In this document: piece after piece, positions 42,291 through 53,468 of the stretch
Position numbering within the stretch: position 1 is the first letter of the stretch
Layout: the number at the start of each line of letters is the position of its first letter
Assembly (NCBI GenBank): GCA_965197925.1
Contig: CBDAOC010000020.1
Span: forward strand, 64,001 to 128,000
Source of the DNA: Nitrososphaerales archaeon
Lineage (GTDB): Archaea; Thermoproteota; Nitrososphaeria; Nitrososphaerales; UBA213
Length of the DNA stretch: 64,000 bases
Direction of reading: 5' to 3'
Notes under the pieces: model-generated
Database searches by the model: none
What the model was told of the DNA's origin: nothing
Seen by the model: only the letters and a program-made list of their open reading frames with translations
Position numbers and translations under genes: made by a program

Positions 42291-44732
42291 GTGGTAAATC
42301 GATTTATTAGTCTACTCCTTGCTACACTGCTGACATGGAGTATAGTTACTGTACACGCTCAGGAAGAGGTGCAGACAGCAATTTTTCTGGAAAAAGTACC
42401 TGAAAGAGCATATGCTGGTGATAGTATAATATTCAGTGGAAGATTAGTAAGATCGGATAATGGAAAAGGAATAGCGAAAGCTCCTATAACTTTGAAGAAT
42501 GAGAATATAGCGGTTGGTGGAAATACGATTATAACGGGCCTCACTGATGATAGTGGAAGATTCAGCATAGAATGGGTTCCTAAATCCAAGGATGATGATA
42601 CCTTCATACTTTATGCAAATTACATGGGAAGTGCTCTTTATTCTAATTCCCAAAGTGAAAAGTATTCCATTAAGGTTGAAAGAATTCATCTAGTGGTTAA
42701 TACCAATAAGGAAAAATACAATTACGGCGATGATTTGATTATATTTGGAAAGGGTAGACCTAATGACGAGCTTTCTGTTTTTTTGACAAATAATATAAAA
42801 TCTGTTCTCTTAAGCACTATGATAACCGTCGATGAAATGGGGAACTTCAATTCTACTTTAATGAAGTGGGAGAGGGATGAATATGAAGAGTGGAATGATT
42901 CTTATTATTCAGATTGGGATAATCCATACTATTCAGGGGCATATCTTATTTATGTCAGGTCTACTATAGATCGTCATACTTACGAGAGAGTAATTATTCA
43001 ATTCGAGAAACAAATAATCCCACTCCCTATCAGTACCCAAACCATCCTAACCCTGGAACCTCTTCCTGCCAATGCCACCTATAATGATAATCAACTCTTC
43101 ACGGGCCAGCTTACAACAGCAACAGGTTTGCCGATCATGGATGCGACCATCTTGATAAAGCATAGAAACGAGACAAAAGATAAGGTAATAGCTAGGGGCA
43201 TAACTTCTGATGGTGGAATATTCATCATCTACTGGAAGGCTCTACAGGTTGACTCGGACATCTTATCACTTCACGGAGGCTTTGAAGGCGGTAATGGGTT
43301 TCTTCCATCAACAAGTGAGGAATTCAACATTACCTTCAAGCCTCGAACCCTAACAATGGAGCTCAATAAGGTCAAATTTGGACCCAATGATCCCCTGATT
43401 GTATCTGGAATAGGCCCGAAGGAAAGGTTGAATATCAAGTTGATCGATCCCGAGGGCAATCCTGCTGTTACCGATAGCATACTCGTTCCTCCCAACGAAG
43501 GTTATGAAAAAACACTTATGCACTGGACCAGGTCCTCTTACTTATTCCCCGAGGGTCAGTATTCTGTGACGGTTGAGACAGAAAACTCTCCCGTACTTAC
43601 TGCTTCCATGCCTCTTTATTTCGAAGAACCAAAACCATTATCCCAATACAAGATAGCAGGCACTATCTTCTATAAGGATCAAGATGGTACTAGACATGCT
43701 CTTGAGGGAGCAAAGGTAACTATGACCAGTCCGTATGGAGAGATAGAGTCCTACACTGATCGCTTTGGATACTACACCTTCAAGGATCTGCATTCAATAG
43801 TTGAAAATTTGGGCAAGACATATTCACTTGAAGTTGAGCTTGATGGCAAGTATTTCAAATTGATAGATGCTACAATCTCACAAGTAGTATCAAAGAGAAG
43901 CGGTCCTATCAAGTTTGATGGCAGCCTGCAGGATATATCCCTGGAGCCTATATTTTTTTCAGATAAATCAGAAGCAGCAGCCGCAAGAATATTTGCTTTA
44001 CAGAATGATGTTGTAAGGTTCTATACTGATGTTCTAGGTCTACAACCAAAGAAGATAGACATCGAGATATTCAGTGAGAAGACACCTAAGGGTAAGTATG
44101 GATACGAAACTGATAGAAAGATCCCAAAGATCTGGATAGGCAAGGGAACAAGCTCTCCTAGAAATCCATACACATGGGACACCCTAACACATGAATATAC
44201 CCATTATATGCAGGGCCAGTATGCCAGCGTGGATCATTACTATGATATGAATCATGGCGGCTTCAGCAATCCAACAACTGCAGATTCAATGGTTGAAGGA
44301 TTTGCAAATTTCATGTCAGCGATCATCTCCCAACACTACGCGAAGGAGCAGGCAGGGAAGTTCTTAAAATACGATCTAGAGCACAACTTCAAAGTAGATT
44401 CTGTAAAATTTCTCTCAGAGGAGTTGGCGGCAGCTGGCATCTTTTGGGATATTTATGATGAAGGTATGAATGGCGAAGATGGTGATAAAATTTCTCTACC
44501 AATTGAGGATATATGGAAAATAATGATTGCAGAATATCAGTTCCCTTCATATCATGAGGACTCTGGATTTGATGCCATGAAGCGCAATGTATACTATCTT
44601 AAGGATCTACATTACATCCTTACCAAAGGAGAATATACCATGAAATTGGATGAGGGGGTCGTAGAAGAGCTCTTCCGAAGCCATGGATTATTTGATGGCT
44701 TTACAGATCCAGAGAGACCGGGTAGAATTTGA
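42291..44732 (+). CDS. Large secreted Ig-like-repeat zinc metalloprotease
   Basis: Signal peptide and repeated Ig-like modules. HEYTH (HEXXH) with downstream EGFANF third ligand. Confidence 0.8.
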   Translation: MVNRFISLLLATLLTWSIVTVHAQEEVQTAIFLEKVPERAYAGDSIIFSGRLVRSDNGKGIAKAPITLKNENIAVGGNTIITGLTDDSGRFSIEWVPKSKDDDTFILYANYMGSALYSNSQSEKYSIKVERIHLVVNTNKEKYNYGDDLIIFGKGRPNDELSVFLTNNIKSVLLSTMITVDEMGNFNSTLMKWERDEYEEWNDSYYSDWDNPYYSGAYLIYVRSTIDRHTYERVIIQFEKQIIPLPISTQTILTLEPLPANATYNDNQLFTGQLTTATGLPIMDATILIKHRNETKDKVIARGITSDGGIFIIYWKALQVDSDILSLHGGFEGGNGFLPSTSEEFNITFKPRTLTMELNKVKFGPNDPLIVSGIGPKERLNIKLIDPEGNPAVTDSILVPPNEGYEKTLMHWTRSSYLFPEGQYSVTVETENSPVLTASMPLYFEEPKPLSQYKIAGTIFYKDQDGTRHALEGAKVTMTSPYGEIESYTDRFGYYTFKDLHSIVENLGKTYSLEVELDGKYFKLIDATISQVVSKRSGPIKFDGSLQDISLEPIFFSDKSEAAAARIFALQNDVVRFYTDVLGLQPKKIDIEIFSEKTPKGKYGYETDRKIPKIWIGKGTSSPRNPYTWDTLTHEYTHYMQGQYASVDHYYDMNHGGFSNPTTADSMVEGFANFMSAIISQHYAKEQAGKFLKYDLEHNFKVDSVKFLSEELAAAGIFWDIYDEGMNGEDGDKISLPIEDIWKIMIAEYQFPSYHEDSGFDAMKRNVYYLKDLHYILTKGEYTMKLDEGVVEELFRSHGLFDGFTDPERPGRI

Positions 44733-45006
44733 TAGTAAACAAGAAATCGGGTGGCATTTTCACACTATAATATCATTGATATACTTTTTCTACTTATTTT
44801 CTTTAATCTGGTCTTTCGTGCTAGCCTGTAACCTAGTACGCTGGAATTATAATAAGACATGAAAATGAATCAATATTCCCTAATTCAATTGTCATGAATC
44901 AAATTGAACTAAGACATATTATATTAATTTATGGTACTTCATGGATAATTGTGTAAGCAACAAGTTATCAACATTTTTCCGCGCATTCTTGACCAATTTC
45001 GAACAA

Positions 45007-45807
45007 TTATTCTTCTTCCCATAATCGTTTTAATTTCATTGCTGATCTCTTAGCATCACTTTTGCTTGTAAACACTTCCAGCGTGATTGTACGTTCATAT
45101 CCAATTTTTTTGAGCGCTTTTACCACTTTTTCATGCTCTATCAAACCCTTTCCAACAGGCAAGTGTTCATCAAATTCTCCATTATTGTCATGCCAATGTA
45201 TGTGTGCGATCTTGTCATTGAAGGTACTAATATAATCAAGGATCGATTTCATACCTCCAGAAGTAAAAGCATGCGGGATATCCAAATGCACTTGAAGGTC
45301 GGGAACATTTCTTAATATATACTTGAATTCACCCAATAAATGTACAGAACTACTACTTTTGGGCATATTTTCTAACATGACTTGTAAATCCAAATCTTTG
45401 GCATAAGAAACAATCTCCTGTAAACTACTTATCCAATTATCCAGAATTATTTTCCGCTTTTTACCAAAAAACTTTCCATTTGCATTGGCATGAAAATTAA
45501 TCAAGGTTAAACCAAGCTTCTTTGCAACCAGTAGGGTTTTCTTTAACTCTACAACCCAACCATGACGAACGTATTCATAATCCGATCCAAGATCGACCCA
45601 TGGAGATGTATGTCCAGGTGGTTTTTCATTGGAATCATTCAACAATTTTACTATTTTGAGATGTTTTCTTTGCAGAATATCTGGAGCACCTTCAGGTGGC
45701 TCGATTCCTATCTCTGAATAATCAAAACCCATTCCTAGAATAGTTCTGATCTCTTCAAGAATTTCAATTGAGGGATGTGTGAGCAAACCAAATCTAGGTA
45801 AAGGCAT
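45007..45807 (-). CDS. Sugar phosphate isomerase/epimerase (AP endonuclease 2 TIM barrel)
   Basis: MLENM, HLDIPHA, HIHWHDN, DEHLPVGKG, TLEV. Confidence 0.9.
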   Translation of the reverse strand: MPLPRFGLLTHPSIEILEEIRTILGMGFDYSEIGIEPPEGAPDILQRKHLKIVKLLNDSNEKPPGHTSPWVDLGSDYEYVRHGWVVELKKTLLVAKKLGLTLINFHANANGKFFGKKRKIILDNWISSLQEIVSYAKDLDLQVMLENMPKSSSSVHLLGEFKYILRNVPDLQVHLDIPHAFTSGGMKSILDYISTFNDKIAHIHWHDNNGEFDEHLPVGKGLIEHEKVVKALKKIGYERTITLEVFTSKSDAKRSAMKLKRLWEEE

Positions 45808-45911
45808 TCAATCAGTTTGAAAATTAATGGCTCTTATAGTTATCTGAAACCTAGGGGTTAATTAGATATGACTTATTACATTGTAATTGACGGTTTATCG
45901 CATCTAGAAAT

Positions 45912-46340
45912 TTAATTCAAATAAGATTTTATGGTATCCAGTGCTTTAACGATCGAGTCAATTCTAGGAAGCTGAATCATCAAGATATTCGCAGCAGCCT
46001 GACCAAGTGAGGCCGGAAGCAGTCCTATAATACCACACTTTGCCAGGTTTTCAAAAAAATCTAAATCCGTGTTTGCAAAGAGAAGCACCTTCTGCTCTAT
46101 ACCAGCAGCTGATGACTTTAGCAGTATTTCCACAAATACATGTTTCTTGTCGTCGTGTAGAATATTCAGGTTGGAATCTACTGCGAGGCTTTTTCCATAA
46201 AACGCCTTGACAATTTCATCATATCTGTCATTCTTCAGTAAAACACAAGGTATCTTCATCTTGTTGTAATCAAGCAAAGAAGTTCCTTCTTTATGCACTG
46301 AATTCAACAAGGCTTCAAATGAGTAAGATGTTGGATCCAT
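45912..46340 (-). CDS. Hypothetical protein (142 aa)
   Basis: ATG start; FFE.LA..G.I.L...MIQLP pattern. Confidence 0.8.
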   Translation of the reverse strand: MDPTSYSFEALLNSVHKEGTSLLDYNKMKIPCVLLKNDRYDEIVKAFYGKSLAVDSNLNILHDDKKHVFVEILLKSSAAGIEQKVLLFANTDLDFFENLAKCGIIGLLPASLGQAAANILMIQLPRIDSIVKALDTIKSYLN

Positions 46341-46488
46341 AATCTTGTTTTACATACTTCAAATAAAAATCTGTTCTCTAACACATTAGAAAAGTATTTT
46401 TTAATTACCACCTTGTTTAATCCCCCTCCAAAGGTTTATCATCTTGAATTGATCGAGCCAAAAGTGGGAATTTGCTATAAGACCTAGA

Positions 46489-47349
46489 TTACTCATAAGA
46501 TCTTTTCATAATGCCAAGAAGGAGTCCTATATTGCTTGAATCTCCTCCAGTTACAACCACCATTTTCTTCTCCCTACCGATCTCTGTCCATGTCTGCAAT
46601 TCTCTCAAACGCATCGCCGCATTATTTCTTTTATAGAAATTTGCAGCCTGTGACATCTTCTCGGCTGCTTTTAGTTCACCTTCGGCTATTATTATTCTAC
46701 CCCTTTTCTCCCGCTCAGATTCTGCCTGTTTTGCAATGGCCCTATGCATATTTTCTGGTAACGATATATCCTTTATTGCAACCGATGTTACCTTTATCCC
46801 CCAGGGGCTTGTTGCCGTTTCTAGAATATTTTGCAATCTTTCGTTAAGCTCATCTCTCTTTGAAAGTATGTCATCAAAATTGACTTGGCCTAGTATGTCT
46901 CTAAGAGTAGTCTGTGCCAGCATGCTCGATGCCAGGAGGTAATTGTGTACCCTCACGACGGCATTTGTGGGTTCATGGACCCGTAGATACACTACGGCAT
47001 CTACATCAACGGTGACATTGTCAAGTGTTATTATCTTCTGCCTTACAACGTCAAGGGTGACTACCCTTAAATCGACCATCATCGCTTTGTCGAAGATAGG
47101 TATAAGGAGTATCAAACCAGGTCCTTTTGCACCAATCAACCTTCCGAGCCTAAAGACTACTGCTCTCTCATACTCCCTTACCACCCGTATAGAAGATGCG
47201 AGGATTATCAGTATGATGATCGCCATAATCACTATTCCGACAATTCCGGCTATTCCCAACTGCAACTGGAGAGCCGTTATTTCCAATAAGGTGTTATACA
47301 TCGTTCTTTCCTTTAAGGATATTCTGAGTGAGTGAACCAATCGCATCAA
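46489..47349 (-). CDS. SPFH/band 7 (stomatin/slipin) protein
   Basis: YERAVVFRLGR, GPGL, AQTTLR, WGIKV, AESEREKR. True start probably near 47301. Confidence 0.93.
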   Translation of the reverse strand: MMRLVHSLRISLKERTMYNTLLEITALQLQLGIAGIVGIVIMAIIILIILASSIRVVREYERAVVFRLGRLIGAKGPGLILLIPIFDKAMMVDLRVVTLDVVRQKIITLDNVTVDVDAVVYLRVHEPTNAVVRVHNYLLASSMLAQTTLRDILGQVNFDDILSKRDELNERLQNILETATSPWGIKVTSVAIKDISLPENMHRAIAKQAESEREKRGRIIIAEGELKAAEKMSQAANFYKRNNAAMRLRELQTWTEIGREKKMVVVTGGDSSNIGLLLGIMKRSYE

Positions 47350-47431
47350 ATTAAATTACTCCAATTTGAACCCAAATGGTTCGGAAGCAGTCCAGGTTGT
47401 TTCTCCAAATCCACCAAATGTTATTGTAAAT

Positions 47432-47491
47432 GTACAAATCTATGCGCCATAATGGGGAAAGGTACAAATCTATGCGCCATAATGGGGAAAG
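47432..47491. repeat. 30-bp perfect tandem duplication
   Basis: GTACAAATCTATGCGCCATAATGGGGAAAG x2. Confidence 0.9.
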
Positions 47492-47539
47492 CATATTTTG
47501 TTCAAACGGGATCTATCCTGGTACCTTTAACCTTAAAGA

Positions 47540-48445
47540 TCAATTATTGTTCACATCGGTTAGTTTGTTGGATTGAATCAATTCCTTCTGATTTTCAAAC
47601 TGAAGCGTACTATGACCTATACCGAACTTTGTCCTTAACATGTTATTTATTCTAAATAGTATCACTTGGGACTGGCTTAGCATCTGATCCATTACTACAA
47701 TATGTCCGCTCATTGCATTCATACCCGATGTTATAGTCCATACATGAAGATCGTGGACTTCCTCCACTCCTTCAATCCCCTCAATTTCGTTCTTGACCTT
47801 CATTACATCTATTCTTTTGGCGTGCCTTCAAGAAATATTCTTACACAGTCCTTGCAGAGCTTGATCGCATTTCTGAGGATAAGAGATCCAATGAAGACTC
47901 CCACAAGAGGATCAATTAAATTAATGGAAGTGAATGCAATTGCAACCCCTCTCCGCAATAACACCAACAGAAGCCAAGGTATCACCCACTATGTGAAGAA
48001 ATACACCTCTAACATTCAAGCTTTCATTACTGTGTTTCGCAAGAATCTTTATCATCACCAAATTGGCTACCAATCCAACACTCGCAAAGATTATCATCAT
48101 ATCAAAGGATACTTGCGGAGGTTCATAGAATCTCCTATATGCTTCATAAAAAATAAAGGCTGAAACACCTATCAAAGTTGCACCATTAACAAAAGCAGCA
48201 AGAATCTCCACTCTATGGTAACCGTAAGTAAGGGTTGGTGTGTGTTGTCTGCCCGCCATCTTTAGGGCAAACAATGCTATTCCCAACGAAAGTGCATCGA
48301 TGAAAACATGACCAGCATCACTTAATAAAGCCAAACTGTTACTCCAGACTCCTCCAACTAACTCCAATAGTGCAACTGTTAGTGCTATAGTAAATCCAAT
48401 CTTTAGCGTTTGTAATGCCTTTGGATGATGAGTGGATTCATTCAC
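47540..48445 (-). pseudogene. CDF (CzcD-like) cation efflux transporter, frameshifted
   Basis: SLALLSDAGH..D, YGY.R.E, HIVGD, DPL, LEGTP and HDLHVW lie in three frames, with shifts near 47950 and 47810. Confidence 0.88.
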
Positions 48446-48730
48446 TAATATGATCTCGGCTCTACTGTCTTATTTGTGTTATAATCTTATGTTGAACACT
48501 TCACTTTTCCCCAAATAAATCACTCTGAAATCTAATTACATTAGCTATGGAATTTTAACTAATCAACACACATTCTCAAAGATTTTATGAATGGTCTGCT
48601 AATACAGGGTTTAACGCTATTTAACAATTCAGGTATATTTTGTTAAATCGTATTATTACCTAAAATTTGGAAAACATCTCCGGTAACACAGTCATTTCCT
48701 TTAGGATATCATGACCATATTTCCATATTA

Positions 48731-50227
48731 TCAAGTATTCTGTATCATTTCGTTAGAATTCATTATGATTTTATTTAATCTCGGAATTAGTCTTGTAGCA
48801 AAAATAAGAGATACGGCGGTTGCAAAAATAGCTAGAGTAAGTATGGAAAACTCTGGCACAACTTGTGTCCCGATCATTGTAATATCATACACACCTTCTC
48901 CATAAATCAAATCAATACTAGTCTCACCATTTGTTTTATCTTCAACGAGCATAACATCATCCATAGGTTTCCCGTCTATTGTTACTGTATAGGGACCTTC
49001 CAACACTTTGCCAATGTATAAAGTTGTAAAACCTTCACTTCCTTCTTTTGCCTCTACTTTGAATGATATCTGTTTGTTTTCTTCACTAAAAGTAAAGTCA
49101 CTTGTGGTTGAATCGCTAACAATCTCTACATCATATTGTCTGTTGTCAACCATAACTTGCTCCTTGCTTAGTGTCATACCAAACAAATGAGCTAGACCAG
49201 GATTAGAAAGGTCGATCGTATTTTCAATTTTTAAGGTTTCGAGTGATTCTTCAAATTTTGCAATGTGGCTATCATAAACATTCTCAGAACTTGCACTATA
49301 TGTTACACAAATAACTTTTTCTTCAGTTGCCAAGGCCAGTCCCTTCATCTTCATAGACAACATCATTTCCGTTTCTTCGCATTCCATCAGAAATTCGCCA
49401 GCCTTCATATCATTTAGATTTATGATTGCAAAAGGTGTTGGCATAACACATCCAGTTTCATCAGTAGGTCTACTCCAACCTTCTAGAGAGCTCAATTCCG
49501 ACAAGTCTCCCACAAATATTTCCATATACACGACATCTACCTCACCGGTAAGCTTGTAGGTGATACCCGGACTCACCAGTAGAGTCTTGTTATCTCCATA
49601 AGTTTCAATACCACTCCATCAGTCAGGAAGATCAATCTGTAATCCCGCATCAGGAACTAAGTATTTACCGCTAATTATCTTCGTCGGTAGTATTTCAAAT
49701 GATTCTAACATGTTCTGCGCTGTTTCCAAGTAATTGTCGTATGTATGAGGTTCCGCGTAATATCCAACTAAATAAGCTATATCATTCTTTATCGTCCAGA
49801 CCTCCATCCCTTTTGAAGGTTCGTCAAATTCCTGGAGAATGCCAGTGTATACTATTTTATGGGCTGGGCTACCCGCTAGTGAAGTTAGGCCTGACTCTAA
49901 AATTGTAAAATCTGTGTGTAACAACTTTAACAGATCAATTTGACTTTGAGTATATTCATCTAGTGTTAAACCCTCTGGTACAGGTTCTAATACGACGTCG
50001 ATACCCTCAATGTAAGTATCTGAATTATTTTCTGGTGGAGAGTCAAACGAAACCACAAAGTCAAATTCAGTAGGCATTTCTATTACTTCCCAATTGTAAG
50101 GATACATGATTGTAATTCCGTTAACAAGATCTTCATATATAGAAAAATCCTGTTGTGCATTCACTACTCCTACATTGGTTGTTGCTAACAGACAAACTGA
50201 TATCAGTAGTACTATCAATCCTTTCAT
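48731..50227 (-). pseudogene. Surface protein with PsbP-like domain and PEFG-CTERM-type tail, split by one in-frame TGA (49619-49621)
   Basis: ORFs 49619-50227 and 48731-49576 share a frame (LPD*WSG). Signal peptide, YPYNW motif, VVPEFS plus TM tail. Confidence 0.8.
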
Positions 50228-50548
50228 ATTAGTATTACTTACCGTAACCCCATATCCCTTAGCAATTAGACTGTTAAAGAAGTATTTAACTTGATCATAA
50301 GATTGAATGTTTGTTGTACCACATTAAAAATAGAAAAAGTGGGTTTTGTTTCTCAACTAATTGGAATCTTCACAGTATACCAATATCTCACCGTTCTGAC
50401 TTGTTTGTCAAGAAAATTCAGGTAAGAACCAGACCGACTTTTTGAAACCATAACTAAAGCTATCTCGGTGGTATCAGTGACAATAAAGGTTTGCAAGAAG
50501 GGTTTTTCTATACCATGGTGCAATTCAATCTTTGTTTACTTGTTCTTT

Positions 50549-51080
50549 TTAAACGGAGTTATTAATTTGAAACAAGTTGTTCCTTTTTGACTTATGTTTG
50601 ACTATAAGGATCGCAGGGATAATAGGAACCAGCCAAATAAGGTTAATAGGAACAAATGGAATAGTCCAATTTTTTGACATCGTAATGATGGTCCAGTAAA
50701 ATTCGTTGGTAAACGCTTCCACAAAGGCATTAAGACCACTACCAATGATTATAGTGTAACAACCTACCAACCACAACTTGTCCCCGAGTTTTAACTTCTT
50801 TCAACAATACCAGGCCTGTAATGCTGGCTAGTGCCCCACCAGAAAACCAAAATAAGTAAGGCGCAACAGGAAGAGAGTCTATAATTGGCAGTCGATCGCA
50901 AAGGATCAAATTCACCAAATTGCCACCAACTATTTGCCCACCTAAAGCAAAACAAGCTAAAGCATGTCCAGCTTCATGTATGAAGCTTCCAGATACTATC
51001 CACGCTAGTATGATGAATCCAGATGCGATACCCAGCGTTTGATATTCTCTATCCATGAGAGGAGTTCGGAGATGTTGCAA
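50549..51080 (-). pseudogene. M50-like membrane metallopeptidase, frameshifted
   Basis: IHEAGH..C..LGG and GG.LAS; continues in another frame near 50776. Confidence 0.6.
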
Positions 51081-51280
51081 TAAATGTTAGAGTGTAGAAC
51101 CATGTTACAGACTCTGTAGTCCAAAGTCTCCGTAGTTGTTTGAATGCAATTTACTATAGGTTCAAATTTTGAAAGATTAGTACCTGTAGAACGTTTGCCC
51201 GGACAATTCTCTTTGTTTTTAACCTTAACACCACGTTCGTCAAAGCGAAAATGTCTAGTAAGAGATGAAAGATTTTCCTC

Positions 51281-52060
51281 TTAGGTAATTATTATGGAAC
51301 TGATGGATTGACAATGAAAGACCTTCCAGACATAGTGATACAACAAGGCATTGCCAGATGCCTGCAAAGCCCACCCATAGTCATCGTAAGGAAAATGCTT
51401 TCAAAAGCAAAGAATCAGTACTTCACATTCCTCACACCCAACGGAACAAAGAAACTTCTAGCCTATCTTAACGACAGGCTTGTAAGAGGAGAAATCCTGA
51501 TAGGAAATTCAGCAGTGATAGCAGTGGAATCAAAATGCAAATATGGTAGAGGAAGAAACGAAGGAAAAAAATTCCTGCCAACACGACAAATATCTAGAAT
51601 AATCAGAGAAACGTTCAGACCAAGATTTCAATGGAGATCATATGTATTAAGGGCATACTTCTACACAATTGTTAATCGCTGAATCCAGGGGAAAAATTAC
51701 ACATGACTTTCGAGCCTTCTTCATGGGTCACAGGGGAACAATTGAAGCAAAGTATACAACAAATAAGGGAGTTCTACCAGAGACATTAATCAGAGAAATG
51801 CGTGGAGCATTCAAACGCAGTGAAGAATTGCTGGACTTGGAAATAATAGAAAACCCATTGCTAAAGCAAAGGGAGAAAATACAAAAAGAAACAGAAAAAG
51901 CTCCTCCTGAAAAAGTGTAAGAGATATTCAAGATGTTGGGTATCTGCAATTCTTGACTCAGAGAGTAGCATCAAGTGAAGAAGCCGAAAAATTGATTCCA
52001 CAGGGTTGGAATTTTGTCGGTACTTTGCCAAATGGTAAGGTAGTCTTGCAAAGGATTTGA
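51281..52060 (+). pseudogene. Tyrosine recombinase/integrase relic (C-terminal part)
   Basis: LGNY.GTDGL, YFTFL, YVLRAYF, FFMGH, catalytic Y in EAKYTTNK. Frameshift near 51668; tail QGWNFVGTLPNGKVV. Confidence 0.8.
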
Positions 52061-52074
52061 ACCCTCTGTGTATA

Positions 52075-52097
52075 TGGACTGGGAGGGATTTGAATCC
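52075..52097 (-). other. att site: 3' fragment of a tRNA (probably tRNA-Ala)
   Basis: Minus strand reads GGATTCAAATCCCTCCCAGTCCA: T-loop plus acceptor 3' strand with U70 and A73. It lies 15 bp past the integrase end. A second T-arm piece is at 52053-52066. Confidence 0.65.
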
Positions 52098-52244
52098 ACA
52101 GTGGATCCGGACACCTTTAGATATAACATTGCGACAGAAGCTATCGGGGTGGCTACATAGCCCCTATCCAATTTTTTATTTTCTATTTCCTTCTCCTTTA
52201 GGTCTTCAACAAGTTCTAATTCCATTCTTTGGACATTTTTTGAT

Positions 52245-52680
52245 TTGAAGAAATATGCTGAAAAGCTAACTTGGCGGGTAGTTGATATTGGTCTCAGAGG
52301 TAACTCTCAGGGAATGAAAGAACTAATGGGCAAGAAGCCCAAGACAATCATAACTGATGAATTGCCAGCTTATCGTGATGCTTACAAAAAGGAATTCTGG
52401 ACACAACCTAAGGAAACAAGAACCAAACACATACGTCATATCTCTATCAAAGGAGACCACAACAATAACAAAATGGAAAGACTGAACGGTGAGGTTAGAG
52501 ATAGGGAAAAAATTGTCAGTGGATTAAAGAAGAAAGATACCACAATTCTGAAAGGATACCAAATATACCACAACTACATACGAGAGCATGAAGGGCTAAA
52601 TGGAAAGACGCCAGCCGAAGCATGTGGGATTGAGGTCAAGGGAGACAACAAGTAGATAACATTGATACAAAATGCTATAC
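52245..52680 (+). mobile_element. IS6-like DDE transposase C-terminal fragment
   Basis: PKTIITD.LPAY, NNKMERLNG..RDREK, YHNYIR.H.GL.GKTPAEA. Premature stop before ITLIQNA. Confidence 0.8.
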
Positions 52681-52769
52681 AGAGTTCGGGTAATCAGTCG
52701 GAGAAGTTATAGAATATAGGTCATCAAGATCCATACAGATTTTAATTTGTTGGATGGTTACTTTGCTCA

Positions 52770-53198
52770 ATGAGGAAGCTAGTGCTATCTGCAATAGTAG
52801 GATTAGCGTTACTGACAGGTACTATATTAGGTTCAACAGACTTGGCAGATGCCGCCAAAGGTGGATTGAAGACATTGGTTGATAGAGTAGCAGCTTTGGA
52901 AGATAGAACACAAGCTAGCATAAAGTATGTAGTTATAGAGGATGATGTCGAGGGGCACGCTCTAGGATGGAATCCTGATGGTGACACTGGTGCATTTACC
53001 ATTATTGATTTAAACGTGAGCCCAGATTCATACATTCTGTTCAAGTTTATCGCTCCAGACGGGCAGCAACAAAGAGTTCCACTTGATTCGTGTCGCTTCC
53101 ATAGTTCCGAAGGTTCATTCATAATTACCTGTGATGACTTTCAGGCAGATCCGGCTGATGGTTCTACACTTGACTATGCTGTAATCAACCCTTCATAG
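52770..53198 (+). CDS. Secreted hypothetical protein (142 aa)
   Basis: Signal peptide, short coiled coil, beta-rich domain. Confidence 0.75.
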   Translation: MRKLVLSAIVGLALLTGTILGSTDLADAAKGGLKTLVDRVAALEDRTQASIKYVVIEDDVEGHALGWNPDGDTGAFTIIDLNVSPDSYILFKFIAPDGQQQRVPLDSCRFHSSEGSFIITCDDFQADPADGSTLDYAVINPS

Positions 53199-53254
53199 GC
53201 ACACCCAAATCCCACCTTTTTCTAACCAAGTTCAACAGTTAACATGAATAACCA

Positions 53255-53467
53255 ATGAGCCGACGGTTTTTTACAGAGTTAAAATCTGACGAGGATGTTA
53301 CAACACTATCAAACGAATTTTTACACCCTAATGAAATAGACATATCAAACATAGAGTTTACAGCACCTTCAAATACGCTAACTTTGACTCCTCCGCTTCT
53401 TAGACTCACTAAAATCAAGCGTCAAACCCAAGACCCATTCGTTAAAGCCTTCCTAGATTCACTATAA
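53255..53467 (+). CDS. Hypothetical protein (70 aa) abutting the motif array
   Basis: ATG start; stop codon immediately before the first ACGTTATT. Confidence 0.4.
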   Translation: MSRRFFTELKSDEDVTTLSNEFLHPNEIDISNIEFTAPSNTLTLTPPLLRLTKIKRQTQDPFVKAFLDSL

Positions 53468-53468
53468 C

